DNA of 64,000 nucleotides, taken from Eledone cirrhosa. Its lineage: Eukaryota. The DNA lies in the NCBI GenBank assembly GCA_964016885.1, contig OZ024744.1, forward strand, positions 58,218,001 through 58,282,000, given 5' to 3'. The translations under genes and the position numbers were made by a program. Positions 30,430-43,984 of this stretch are shown piece by piece (positions within the stretch are counted from its first letter, which is position 1; each line of letters starts with the position of its first letter). The notes below the pieces were generated by a model. It was not told the DNA's origin. It worked only from the letters and a program-made list of their open reading frames with translations, and made no database searches.

Positions 30430-32440
30430 TGGGAGTACACTTAAAAACCTAGTGGGTAAGTAAGGACAAGGAGGAGTAAAACTGAGATCAATTAATAAAA
30501 ACAATTATTAAGAACAGGTAAGGGAGAAAAGGGGTGTAAAAGTTGTAGTAGAGAGTGAGTGTTTGTGATGAGATCTGGATAAGGGTATATAGTTAAAAGG
30601 TGATCTGGGTAAAGGATGAGGGTGGTGGGTGGTTAAAGGTATGGTAGAAAATATTGGGGGGGGGGGGTTATAAGTCAAATGAAAAAAAATAAAAATAAAA
30701 AAATTGAAAAAAAATATATATAGAATGAGATAAGAGAGAAAAAGTATATGTTCATAAGGTGATGATATTGATAGTGAGTGGAAGGCGTGATAAGTAAAGA
30801 AGAAGCTCAAGGTGGTTGAGTAATCGTTGGTGTGTTAATCCAGTTAAAAAGTAGATGCGATTTCAGGTGCGAACAACATCTAAAGATCTCAGTCTTAGAG
30901 TTGAGACAAGTGGGAGGGGTTTTCAAGTTTTGGAGAATTCAAAATTTTTTTGTAATACACAAAGAACATTTCTTTGTGCCCCTTTGGTATTCTCTTGAAT
31001 GGTCTAAAATAGACCAATCAATAGTGTACAGAATGTTTTTGTCTTTAAACTCCCACACTTTATTTGCCAGCGCCGTTGCTGTTCTTTTTTCAGGGTGTTT
31101 GAAAGAAGTGACATGTGCATAGTACCTGGTTTTAAATCTGCCCTGAGTCATGCCAACATATCGTTCACTCCTGGCTGGCTGGTTATTAATCATCAGTGTC
31201 AATTTGGCCTCATACATTTGGTATTACATTTACCCTGTAATGGGCATTCTTCCAGCTTCCTGCAACTGCATCCTGGATTTACTCTAGTACCATTAGAGTT
31301 GGTAATTTTAGTTTCCATTGATGGGCAGCAAGAGTAGCTGATTTTAACTACATTTCTATTGAATATTTTATTATATCTATGATTAGGGGGAAAATATTTG
31401 TCTAGAAGGTCGAGGAATTTTCTTCCTACGTTAGTTTTAACAGTTAGAGAGAAGGGCGGTGTAAACCAAATAATTTTTCTTTTCCTGTTATTGTGTTAGA
31501 AAGAGGAGTAGGTAAATATTTGATTTGTTTGGTGAAGCCGCTGTTATTGAGGACCTTATTATAATAAGGGGCGGCTTTATTAACAATGTCTATAGATGAA
31601 GATAAGGTAGAAATCCTACAGCTAATGTTAGGAATAAGGTTTTTAAAGACTATAGGGGGATGGCAAGACTCTTTGTGTATATATCTTAAATTTTCATTAG
31701 GTTTATGATAAGGTTTAAAAGAGGCAGTAAGTAGGTCAAGATTGATATCAAGAAAGTTAGTATTAGTAAGATTCGTATCTATAGTAATTTTAAGGTTTAG
31801 GTTAGCAAAGGTATTGATTAAATCTTTACAGAATTTATCAAGGTTATGGCCGTTGGTGGTATGAGAAACTGCCAAACCATTGTCTCAGTATAAACCGATA
31901 TTATGGCAAGGAAATTTCTCTTTAAGGATGTGGAGGAGGAATAATCCTACTAAGTCACACACATCAGCACTATCATATGAGCCTATCGCAACATCAAAAG
32001 AGTTTCCAGGGCTTGATTTTTTAACCCAAGTTCCTTCATTAGCAAAGAGTAGTGTTTTCCTAGCATGAAAGATAACATCTTCTTCTAATCTAGAAATATT
32101 AATGAAAAGTCTAGCAAAATCTAAGGCTTTAGTTAATAAGGATTCTGTGACAGAGGGGTAAATATCAAATTGGGTAAATCTACACTTATTTTTTCCTTGT
32201 ATATTATTAAACCAAGAAATAACAGAGGATGTATTTAACCATTGAGATAAGTTAGTCATTTGAAGTATTATTTTTCTTAAGATTTTTTTACTCGCAAGGC
32301 CAATTTCAGATTTAGCAGGGTTGATTAGTCTACAACTGTGTCGATTAGAAAAGTCTAATTTATGGTCTTTAAGGGTAATATATGCTTTACGTTTAGCTAG
32401 GCTTTCAATCCGGTTATCAATATTTAAAGTACTAGCTACA
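30430..32440 (-). pseudogene. Decayed Naiad-like Penelope element (RT plus C-terminal GIY-YIG endonuclease)
   Basis: AYITLKDHK...CRLINPAKSEIG...FDVAIGSYDSADVCDLVG...GLY*DNGL (YRDDG destroyed)...FLDI...HPP...IIWFTPPFS...CSCRKLEECPLQGKC...YVGMTQGRFKTRY...CSLCITKK...LNSKTE...CSH; several stops and frameshifts; last stop at 30807. Confidence 0.85.
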
Positions 32441-32452
32441 TATATATGTATG

Positions 32453-32483
<31 letters not shown>

Positions 32484-33015
32484 ATTTACATATATGTATT
32501 TATGTATATATATATATATATATACTGTTTTATAATATCAATTTATCTTCTATGTTAAAAAAAAAAGTTATGTGCAAAAATATAACATGTCGTCCGATAT
32601 GTCTTATTTTTATATATATATGTATATATACATATGTGTGTGTATATATATATTTGAGTATATATATATATATATATATCTGTATTTATGAATATATATA
32701 TATGAATGGATATATACATATATGTATGCATAGACACACATGTAAATAGGTACATACACATATAAATCTACACATACACACATAAACAAGCGTTTTGGAA
32801 TGTAGATTAAGCTGAAGAAAATATGTGTGACTTCTCAGTCCTCCTTGGTTCTTGTCTGATTCATATCAAATATATTAATGATTATGAATGAAGTGTTATA
32901 TATATATATATATATATATATATAATGTGTGTGTGTTAGTCCCGAGTTCCATCGGTGGTAATCACAGTTAGTAAAGTACTCAATACATTAGTAGAGTGTA
33001 AACATGAAATGTATC

Positions 33016-33102
33016 ATAGAAATGGTTTCTACAGGACTAGAACTGTTTCATTCGAAGGAAATCATTTCCTTCGAACGGAACAGTTTTAGTCCAGTAGAAG
33101 CC

Positions 33103-33110
<8 letters not shown>
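33016..33110. repeat. Fold-back palindrome, 47-bp arms, 5 differences
   Basis: 33016-33062 vs reverse complement of 33064-33110. Confidence 0.92.
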
Positions 33111-33135
<25 letters not shown>

Positions 33136-33714
33136 AGATATCTGCATTTTAGGTAATATTAATGCAACGTTCGCATTTGATAATCGAAACAAAATATACA
33201 TAAATCTCTGAAGTAGAAGATGGGATTGTAAAACAACATGCTTGAAGTCATTCATAGAACACCCAAACTGTTTTATAATATCAATTTATCTTCTATGTTA
33301 AAAAAAAAAGTTATGTGCAAAAATATAACATGTCGTCCGATATGTCTTATTTTTATAATAGTAGTAATTAGGCGTAGCTGAATTTGTGTCAATTTATGCT
33401 TGCTTGTACTTCGAACTACACACATACACACACTTCTCTCTCTCTACTTCTCTTTCGCACTGTTCCCCTCCTCTACTCCCCTTTTTTCACAAATACACTT
33501 ATGTTGTGCTTGTTGCTGTTTACATTAAATAATTGGGGTGGGTGGGCTGAAAAGAGATAGAGAGACGGGTATATATATAATAATAATAATAATAATACTA
33601 TATAATGTGTGTATATGTCCGTAATTCTAGTTTTTCTTAATAGGATTTTTGCAACATGAATAAAATCAATGAAAGGAAAATTTGCTGCTATCAATTGTGA
33701 TTGTGTGTTGTGGT

Positions 33715-34499
33715 GCAGGAGAGAGAAAGAGAGCGAGAGAGATACAGAGAAAGATAGGTGAAGAATGAGTGACTGAGTTAAGAAGATAGAGTGTAAATGA
33801 GTGAGAGGATAGATAGAGTAATAGTTTAACAGTGGGAGGGAGTGATTGATGCGAATTTATTTGCCAAGCTAGTCTTCTTTCTAACTGCCACTACAAAACA
33901 CATACACATAGACTAGAAATAATTATATTATAACAGACATTCCCTGGATATATTATGGAGAGAGAAAGTTGTAGTTGATATTGTTGCACTTTGTTTGCCA
34001 ACAAGTCCTAACTGCTTCAACAACATTACATATACGAGCAGAAAGAAAATTACATACACACACACATATTGTTATATGTAATATATACATATACATTCTT
34101 TCTGTTAACTTCTATGTATTCACATTGAACTTGCTAACTTTCTAAAATATCGTCGACGGCTACTTGAACTACCTACCAAGCTGGCTTAGCCCTGCCAACC
34201 ATCTTCGCCACCACCATCACCATTGTTTCCACCACCACCATCACCACAGCAGCAGTCGCCGTCATCATCATCGTTATTTAGTATCTCACTCACTTATACA
34301 GTCACACACCACCACATACACACTCACTCTATCTCTCGTAGTATCTCGCTTCTTCACTCACACTCTCTCTCACTCTGTCTTTTTTCTCTCTCTCTCATTA
34401 CCTCCTCTCCACTCTCATTCCATACGTAAGTGAACTAACTATTCAATTAATCTCGTGCTCGTGCCGTGGTACTCCGCGAGATCTGGGCTTTAGCGAAAG
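33715..34499 (+). promoter_or_regulatory. Probable promoter/5' UTR of the NOVA-like gene
   Basis: GA- and CT-rich tracts, CAC/CAT triplet runs and local CpG enrichment directly upstream of the ATG; the transcription start cannot be placed from sequence. Confidence 0.45.
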
Positions 34500-34617
34500 A
34501 TGGCGATGAGTTTCGATGGCATGAATGGGTCAGATATGGACACATCCGACTCCCGAAAAAGACCCTCAGACGCCGAAAGTGATAGCGGGGTGACGAAGCG
34601 CTCAAACCAAGGCGGAG
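34500..34617 (+). CDS. nova: NOVA/pasilla-family KH RNA-binding protein, first coding exon (bipartite NLS)
   Basis: MAMSFDGMNGSDMDTSDSRKRPSDAESDSGVTKRSNQGG matches the DSRKRP...TKRx motif at the N-terminus of NOVA1/pasilla. Good Kozak context (AAAGATGG); phase-1 donor AG|GTTAGA right after the motif. KH exons were not seen in the window. Confidence 0.78.
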
Positions 34618-37600
34618 GTTAGATAACATATTTTTGAATTTAAATTTGAGTAATAATATATCCTTTTCTTTTGCCATTTTTCTTTTTTTTTTTCACCATC
34701 AATTTGTTTTTTTTGCTTTTGGAATTTTGGCATCGTTTTCCTTTTCCTCCCCCGCTCCTAGCACACATTTCTGTTTCATCAACTCATTTCATCTATTTCC
34801 ATCATTTGACTATCTAACCGTTTCTTTACCTTCTACAATATATAAATATATTTGTCCTCTGTAATTTATGTGTCTTCGTCTCTTGAAACTCCGTTTAATT
34901 TTAAAAAAAAATCTCTGGGTATTTTTTTTTCTTATAGAAAACGTTAGAAAACGCTATCTTCCTCCCCCCACTCTCTCTACTACGATCCTCCATTTCTTGC
35001 TTTTCCCCCTAGAATGTTCTCTTATCTTCCTTGGTATTCAAATAAAGTATTTGCATTATTATATTCGGTGTTTAAAATAATAATGACCACTTGTCCAAAC
35101 AAGGGCAAGCAGCAAGCCTCCCTTCTTCACTTTACTTATCTACATGCTAGAAATAGCAACCAAATCTTCTCTCCACCTTAATGTCGTCTTTTCTGAATTG
35201 AAAAGAATTAAAAAAGATGAGCTGAACATAGTGATATTAACTAGAATATGATATTACGTATATGTCCAGTTACTACGTCGCTACTCAGAGTTTCTCGCTA
35301 AGTGCAACCTCTTCTTTTTCTGATGACAATATAATATATATACTTTTATTTTTTTTCACTAAAGTGAATAATACTTTTTCCTTGTCTCATTATATAATAT
35401 ACATACATTATATATATATATAAAGACAGGATGGTCGTAGCCGGAAGACCTTTTGATGAAACATAGGATATTGAAATGTGTGTCTGTATTGGGTGATGTG
35501 AATGAAGCGTTGGTGCAAATGGTGTTGATGATGGTAGCTGTTGGGTGGAACTCTAACAAGACTACTAACACCACCAACCACTTGTCCAAATTTTGGATAT
35601 GTTTTATATTTTATTTTGATATGTTTCTTGTATTATTTTTTGATGAAATAAAAAAGGTCGGCATCGCCTGCTTTTGAGATATATACATATATAGAGAGAG
35701 AAGCCAAAAGAGGATTGTTGGCAGCAATATGGCCGACACCACCATATCAACTCTGGCGACGTCTCTCTTTCTCTCTTCACCAAATGTTGCCTGCTTAAAA
35801 CAACTGCTGCTATATATATATATATATATATATGTGTGTATGGTCTAACTGCGTATATATAAATGCATTGGTTTTATAAAAGATATAGCCAAGGAGATAA
35901 TTTAGTAATTTTCTTTTCATCACATATATGTATATATAATCAATCATACATCTCTATCAAGATAGATAGCAAAAGTGAACATTAAATTTTTTTTTTAAGT
36001 GTCGGTATCTTCGATGTTTCGATTCTAATGCCTCCTCCCACATACACATGCATATTTGCCTGCGTTAATAAAACATTATGTATGTTTAAATATATCATTC
36101 CCCTTTTTATCCCCTCCACACCATATGAATATTACCATTTTAAATTTTCCCTTTATAAATGTATATATTTGAAATCCACAATGTTACTTAAAATGATACT
36201 TTTAAAGCATTATATAATTTCTCTCTATATATATATATGTTTGCCGGTGTTTATGTTTATATATATATACCGGCAAACATGTAGCCTTTATATGTGGGAG
36301 ATTATATCTATGACAATAGAAACAAATAGATATAAAATGTACAATCAAATCTATATGATTATCACACATATACTCTATGTAGGACTGTTTCTGTAATTTA
36401 ATGTACGTGTATATATATATATGAAATATATAAATATTTGGAATTTTAACAGATATATATGGAATTTCATTATATACATGAATATTAAAGTTCCATATAT
36501 AATAAAATTATGTATGTTTGATATTATTGCATGTTTAAAAATATTAATACATTTTAAAATACGTAAATATTTGAAATGCTAAAAATTATAAAAACGTATT
36601 ACAAAATTTACGTAAGATAACATTTAAAAAAATAAATTTTATTAAAGGAAAGAAAAGAATGTGGTACATTTTGTAATGTTAGTGAAATTTTCATTACGAA
36701 AGGAAGAAAGTGTGATTGTCCTTCTTGCTTGCTGCCCCGTACGGGACAGATGGAGATTCGTTTGTCATTCAGAAGTGTCTGTGTCTGTGTGTCTATTAAA
36801 GAAACATCATTGCTGGACTTTTTAATTTCCCCTGTGATGACGGGAAAAGCAGCAGTTCTCTATTTCTAATAAATACTGATTTAATTTCTCTTTTGCTATA
36901 CTTATGGGTAAATTTTTAAAAACATTTATTTTATATTTAGAAGTGCACATGAATTTTTTTTTTTCTTTTTACAGTGTGTGAAATTAACCCACCTCCGCCC
37001 CTCGATCTAGTTTTTATATAACAGTCGATAGTTAACCCCCACCCTCCATCTTTGCATTTTTATATCAGCCTGTGCCCCTCCCACCATAGCTCCTCCACTC
37101 AATTGTTCATAGATCCACCCCACCCCTTTTATAAGTTTTAAGCTATTAGTACGTTCTCTCCCAAATAAGCCGTGTGTGAGTGCGCGTGCGTGCTCTGAAT
37201 TCATTTCAATAGCTGTCTTATAAATTAGTTTCAGCTGTGAATTCTAACGATCAAGAGAAGTATATGGATATATATGTATGGTTTACTTTTGTTTTTAATA
37301 AATATCGAACGATTTTTTTTTTTTTTTACAATAGAAAATATTACACCCAAGAAAAAGGAAAGGTTACGGATGATTGTCCTTGTTGATATATTTTATTTTT
37401 GAATGATTTACTACTAAAGAAAGTCGACATTTTATCACATTATATATGATTAATCGTTTTTAGAGTCAATGTGTTAGGGCAATCTTTTAGAAGATGGTAT
37501 TTCAGCGACATGTTAGAGAAATAATAATGACGATAATAAACTCATCCCGACATCTCGTTCTGAATAATAAGTATGACAAGCAGAACTATATATAGCAATG

Positions 37601-38263
37601 AATTCGGAGTACGCGATTCAGACAGCCTGAAGGTGGGAGCCGACATCACTTCGCATTGCGCAAAAAAAAAAAAAAAAAAAAAAATAATGACTCGACTCGA
37701 CCTACATACTTCCGTCTATAATATTGAAGACAACAACCTTTTCGATAGATGTGAGCTAGCAAGTTTTCCTGCATGGAGAGGTATTATCTTGCCTTCTTCG
37801 GAGTTAGGAAATTTGAGGTTTATAATTTTATTATATAATTGATTTTTTAAAATAACTGGGTTTCTCTTTTCATTATCATCATCGTCGCCCTCTTTTTCGG
37901 GCTAGATTGGATTGGATGGGAATGATAGCTAGGTAGATAATAAATAATCGTAAATGTATGTAGGACTTGTGTGGCCACGTCGTAACAGGAGCGACACCCA
38001 CTAACACTGCTAACGTGATGTCTAGATATATCACTTGTAGACATTTCTTTTGCTAATGCGGACACGTGTCAATTAGCATCAACTTATTTCTCTATCTCAC
38101 CTTCTCTCTCTCTCTCTTAAGTAATTTTAATTGACAGTATTACATTTGGTTGTAGAGTCACTTTACTCTGCACACTCTTTTAAGTTGAGCAAAAGATATA
38201 TATATATAACTGATTGGTATTCTATTTGCTGCTTCGTCTGCTGATCATGTCAGAACAAGTATA

Positions 38264-38315
38264 ATGATGGCTACGTATGGCACATCTGATATATCTTCTA
38301 CACCCGAACTACCAG
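38264..38315 (+). CDS. nova: Probable alternative first coding exon of the NOVA-like gene (no NLS)
   Basis: MMATYGTSDISSTPELP + G, donor CAG|GTATCT, same phase 1 as exon 34500-34617. Upstream are a CACGTG E-box, a CT tract and an Inr-like TCACTT. Confidence 0.5.
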
Positions 38316-38367
38316 GTATCTGATATCTATCTCTGCATCGCCCCTCCCTTATTTATCTCCCTTATAT

Positions 38368-38400
<33 letters not shown>

Positions 38401-41400
38401 GGGAACAAATAGAAAATACTCATTTATTACATACTTGCGTCTTCGTCCTTTTTTTATCCTCTGCCCTCAACCCCTTAGTGGTTTTGCGACTGAACGTCGC
38501 TTTACTACCACTGTGTATGTGTGTTCGTCATTCCACATCCTTTTTGCAAAGACTATGCGTCAGCCAGATCTACGCATTCTGAGATAGTAATTTAACCGAT
38601 TCGTGGGGTGGTTTCAACAGAAATCCTGCTAATATGGCTAAACATATCTTGTAAGGCAGTGTTACACACACACACACATGTATATACATGTACGTTTAAC
38701 ATATAGTCGACTATTTTCTCATGGCTTACTCCTTTATGTAGGAATGTAGTTTATCTACATGGGTATTTCTCGGCTATAACTCAAATATGATTCTAGAGCA
38801 GTTTTGGCTGTAGGTCATTTGTGTCATATTAGAGGTCGTCGCTTAAAATACTTTTTCCTCCGTCCTCTTTAAGACCTAACTAATTTCGGCGTCATTGTTA
38901 TAGTAACTTGATCAGTTATGGTAGCATATTCGTCTTTGTTTTTAAGAATGTAACACATTGTCTTTTAATCTGTTAGAAATACATTTTAATCCCTCCCATA
39001 AGAAATGTTGGTACTACAGCCCGATATATTTGGAAGTGGAATGTGGCATAGACTACTGACTGAACAGCGAGTATAATTTTCTCTGCTGGAAGTTACTGCA
39101 ATTAAAACGATTAGTTGAGTTGAGGTTGTTAATGTGATTGCATCAGATACTACTTTTAAAGGTTTCCCTCACGATTATCGAAATATATTAAACGTATTTT
39201 TTAGTATTATTTATTTTGAAATTTAAAAATAAAATGTATTAAAATTAATTTGTGACATTTCATTTTCAGTAGCAACATAATGTTTCTATAAAGTCAATTT
39301 TCATTACGGTCTAAAGCAACATACATTAAGCCGCTTGGATAGATGTATGCATGTTTTAGAAATTTGATGTTTTAATTGATTTTAAAAAAGTGACTTTTTA
39401 AAGACTTCTATTTACTTAAAACTATATATTTTAAATCTTTCTATTATATAATTTGGTGAGAGGTATTTTTCCCGGGGCATTTGTTAAATATATTAAATTA
39501 TTAATGGCTGCATTTATAGCTATTCAGAAAAATCAGCTGATTCTTAATAAGCTATTGAAAGTTACTGTACTACGTTCATATTTTACTTTATGGACAATGA
39601 TTTTACAATTAAAAAACTTGTCACATGATTAAATATATTTATAGTATTTGGGTTTTTCGTTTTTGTGCTTGTTTTGGGATATTATTTTGTCGTTTATGTA
39701 ACAGGCAAAATGTGTGTATATTTTAACTCATAAATGACACAGGATATCTTTAAATGGACCTATAAATTCTAATTGTTTATGTAAAATAAAATTCGGTGAA
39801 TTTTTGGATGGCCTGAATTTAAATTATTGGGTTTATATAATTCTAAAACATCTCAAGTACATATCTTTTAAAAAAATTGTTTTGTTTTAAAGTATTACAA
39901 TACTCATTTATTAACTAACATTAAAAAAAAAAAACGTATTTCTTCAATTTACTATAGTTCTATAGTTTTTCAATGTTGTATTAAATATTGACATGTAAAT
40001 TAATCTTTGATAATTGCAATATGGGCAATTAAGTTATGAGGTAAACTTATTTCTATGTAAGGGTAAATTTGTATGGCCATTTTAAAAAACTTTTTAAAAT
40101 ATTATTTCTCAAATTTATTTGATACGTAAATTAGTTTGCTTTCCCAAAAGTTTATTCATATATATGCATGATTGGGGAAAACCTTTTTATATAAGTATTT
40201 CCATTTAACGAAGAAACTTTGGTTTAGTTGAGAGTAGACAGATGTAATATAGTTGTGATGGTGGTAAGGATGATTGGTTTGAACTGGCCAAGTGTGTAGT
40301 AGGAGTGGTAGAAAAAAGGAAAATCATTACGTTGAGAATGAAGAATTTACCATGTGAAAAGGCACAGCTTGAGATAATCTGTGTTGGTGGTTGTATAAAT
40401 GACCCTCCCCTCGTATATAGATGAGTTACTACAGAATTTTTTGTACTATATAAGATAGATTTATATTTTTCAAGAGCATTGATCATGGCTTTGTAAAAAT
40501 TGAGTTTCTTGGCTTTGTTGAAGGTATATGAAAAGGTCATTGGGAAAAAGGATGTGTTGTTAGGTAGAGAGAGAAAGAGACAAGATGTTTCTGTTTGTTC
40601 TTACTATTGTTTATTGTTTCAGAGGTTCTACTACTACTTACTGATTGCAAGGTTTTTGATAATAACTAACTAGACGTTGATCGTTGCGTATTGAAGTGGT
40701 AGTTGGAGGATATGGGGTGGGGGTGGGGAGTCAAATATTTAAAGTATTTGTGAAATGAGGGGGTATTGTTACTGCTTAACTAAAGTTCCTTACTAAATAT
40801 ATATTAGCAATTTAAACACTGCGTGTTTTTAAGTTTAGCAACTATATTTAATTCATTTTAATAGTTGAAAAACGTATTAAAAAACACGGTTTCCCCTTTA
40901 AGAAATAAAAAAAAAATTAATTTAATTGCCTATTTTATATGAAAAGGTTAATCCTTAATATTAATTGTAATTAAAATAGATATAATTTTAAAGTTATTAC
41001 TTGTATTTTAAAATGGATTTTACTTTGAGAATTATTTCCATAATTTTTGCCAGTAAATGTTGATAGATATTAACATCCTGTAATGATTTAGTATAAAATA
41101 TATTTAATTCAAATGTTTGTAGTGTATTTACTAGTGGACAGATTGCGAAAAATTTCAATATTGGAGTGAATAGTTAAATTTTTTATGTGATGCAGTTTTG
41201 TGTGGTATAGGACGTTGAGAGATTCCCTGATAACAGCTTTCATTATTTTTTAAAATCCAAGTTGTATCTTCCACAAATAATATTCCCAAAGTACAATTTC
41301 TCATTGTTTACTATTCCTATTTCATGATATCCTAGGAATTAAACGTGTTAGGATAAGAACGTTGCAGGAATAAGTTTCATATTTCTTATAGACAGAGGTT

Positions 41401-43850
41401 GACGTGGTCGGTTATGGGTAGAAACAATTGGCACCAGCTTGTGGGGGACATACCTTTGTCTCTATGTAGTGTGAGAATTATGAATATTTTCATTAGTGTA
41501 GTAGTGGTGATTATGGATTTTTAATATAGTCACGTTATCTCAAATTTTATAGCGAAGGAGAATTGAAGTTTGTGACATCCCGTTTTTTGTACTCCCCCCC
41601 CCCTCCCCCGTGAAAATGTTGCGGTGGTAGCAAAAGAATGGCGTAGTGAGAATTATCTCCCTTGCATTATGCATAGTGACAACATCAATTGTATATTAAT
41701 GAAAATACATGTTTATCTAAGTTGAGTTCACATCTTTATCTATATATTTTTTTCTCACTACCTAGATGATTGTTTTTTTTAAACAGACGCTTTATCTTTC
41801 GGCCTTTAATATATACCTGTTCCAGCCGACGGACTGAGACCATTTTGGGGCACCTGCATATATTTAGTTCAACTTTTAAGTTCTCAGTGGTCTGCCACTC
41901 TGAATGAAATGTTTTAGGACTTCGACAAATAGTCAGATGAAAAAGTACCAGACTAAAAAATACTTACTTGGATCGATACGATTGGCTAAACTCTTTAATG
42001 TGATGTCTCAACATGGCCACATTCTAGTGCCTGAAAGATATGGGTGACCAAATATAAATGACTGTATAATTATAACTACCTTTCGGGTGGTTCTCTGCTA
42101 GCATGTGTAGTGTGTATATTGATATTATACGTAAGTATATATTACATGTAGATATGATACATCAAATAAAATCGTAATTGACTATATACACAAATTGAAC
42201 GAAGACATTGTTATGTAATCAGTAACGAAATCCATACATTAAAAAAAGACGATATTATATATAAACTGCATTAGGAGAAAATTAATATGCTTATTTAAGT
42301 GATCGCCACCGGAAGTGTTGACATCACACACTCTTTCTATATATATGGTAGTTGAAGTGGTGGTGGTGGTTGCAACGATATACCGGAAGTGCAATTTTGA
42401 AAAGAAGTCAATTTTAAATTATTTATTTTTACGAAATTTAGTAGATAAATTATGTAATATTCATTCATTATTTATTCAAAATAATCCAACTTATTTTACT
42501 AACGGGTAAAAAAAATAAATAAACCGTACGCAGTCTCGCAAACCTTCCTTTATTATAGTTTAGATTTGTATATCTTGAATTTAAAAAGAATTGTTTACTT
42601 AATTCTTTCTATAATTCCAATAAACATTAAGTATTTATCAGTCTTTATTATTATTATTATAGCTTATAATTTATTCCTAACCAAAATGTCATGACATTGT
42701 GAATAACACAAATGAAATTGATGGAATGCCTAAATGTCTAGGGGATAAGTTATTAATATGACTTGATATTAACCTTATCTTCACAGATAAAACATTTTTA
42801 AAAATTAACATTATTTGTTTTGAAAATTTTGTTTCTCTGGTCATCCCTTCCTGGATATGTACATAGTAAATAAAGATTGCATTCAAACTAAAATTCCTTT
42901 TTAGCCTAAACAAATTACAAGAGAAAAAAAAGTATGTGTATGATTATCCAACTCATACCTCTTGAATTTCAAATCTGTGTTCAAATGAAGTGTGTAATAA
43001 TGATCACTGAATATTGGGATAAATGCCTTTGCTGCTAAACAATGTGAAACTCTCTCTAGTTCCTTGGCACAAAACCATATCTTAGTGATCATGCCTATTT
43101 TTAATGAAATACATTATATTTCAATGAGTGAAAAGTTTCAAAGGATTTAATAAATTTACTTATTTCATTACTAAGATATTAACTTAACATATATAAAATT
43201 ATGCTGGAAGACTTTAATTTAAATAGAAACTCATTAAAATGAGTGGGTTTTTTTTCTCATAGAACCAGAGTCAGTTTTAGCTGGGTTGGTATCAGAAAGG
43301 TTAAAGTAAAGCCTCAGATAACCTTTTAAAAAGTTATGTTTGAAATACTAGTTTAATAAAGTTAGTTATACAAAATCTTGAGTCTTTGAAAAATTATTTG
43401 AAACAGACAGGCACTAAAGGTCACAAAAGGGATAAATGGTAGCATAGGAAAAAAGGCTTCATAAATAATCCATTCTTATTGAAACTAATAAAATTTGAAT
43501 TTTATTTTAAAGGAAGTTATAAATTGTGTTTATATTTTTGTAATTTATGTAAGAATACAAATTGGAAAATATAGATTAGCATATGTTTATATTTTTGTAA
43601 TTTATATAAGAATACCATTGGTATGTAATATTACGTATGATTACATTAAATATGTTTACTTTAAATATGTTCACTTTTGCTTTTGAGAGTGTTTTTTTGT
43701 TGTTTTTCATGAATTAACTTTCATATTTTTTCCAGAATTCATTTTAATTACCTTCTCAAATTGGAAACATTTAATGGTTATATTGTCAAGCTGTGTTGTA
43801 GATATTTTAAATGTTACTTTTTTTGTAGCTATTTATTTGTTTATTTGTAG

Positions 43851-43901
43851 GTACTATTGGGACACCTGATGACTACAGCTGTGAATATAAATCTGATTCA
43901 G
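43851..43901 (+). CDS. nova: Probable 51-nt frame-preserving (phase 1-1) exon of the NOVA-like gene
   Basis: U-rich acceptor TTTATTTGTAG|, consensus donor CAG|GTAAGT, open reading (G)TIGTPDDYSCEYKSDS in the frame set by either first exon. Confidence 0.6.
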
Positions 43902-43939
43902 GTAAGTTAACTATCTTTAGCTTTTTAATTATGTGTGTA

Positions 43940-43984
<45 letters not shown>

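Noticed and set aside
31885-31887. In-frame TGA as selenocysteine in the Naiad-like ORF
   Set aside because: It falls at the Arg of YRDD (probable CGA>TGA decay), next to a D>N change, in an element with frameshifts.
34164-34433. His-rich ORF upstream of the NOVA-like ATG
   Set aside because: TTG start and product of CAC/CAT and CT repeats; more likely UTR/promoter.
36975-37176. Possible poison exon after the strong acceptor TTTTTACAG at 36974
   Set aside because: Stop codon within 15 codons and no independent support; such acceptors are common in T-rich introns.
43866-43890. CTGATGA...GAAT hammerhead-like motif in the 51-nt exon
   Set aside because: No GAAA, no proper stem II closure or stem I; better explained as coding sequence.
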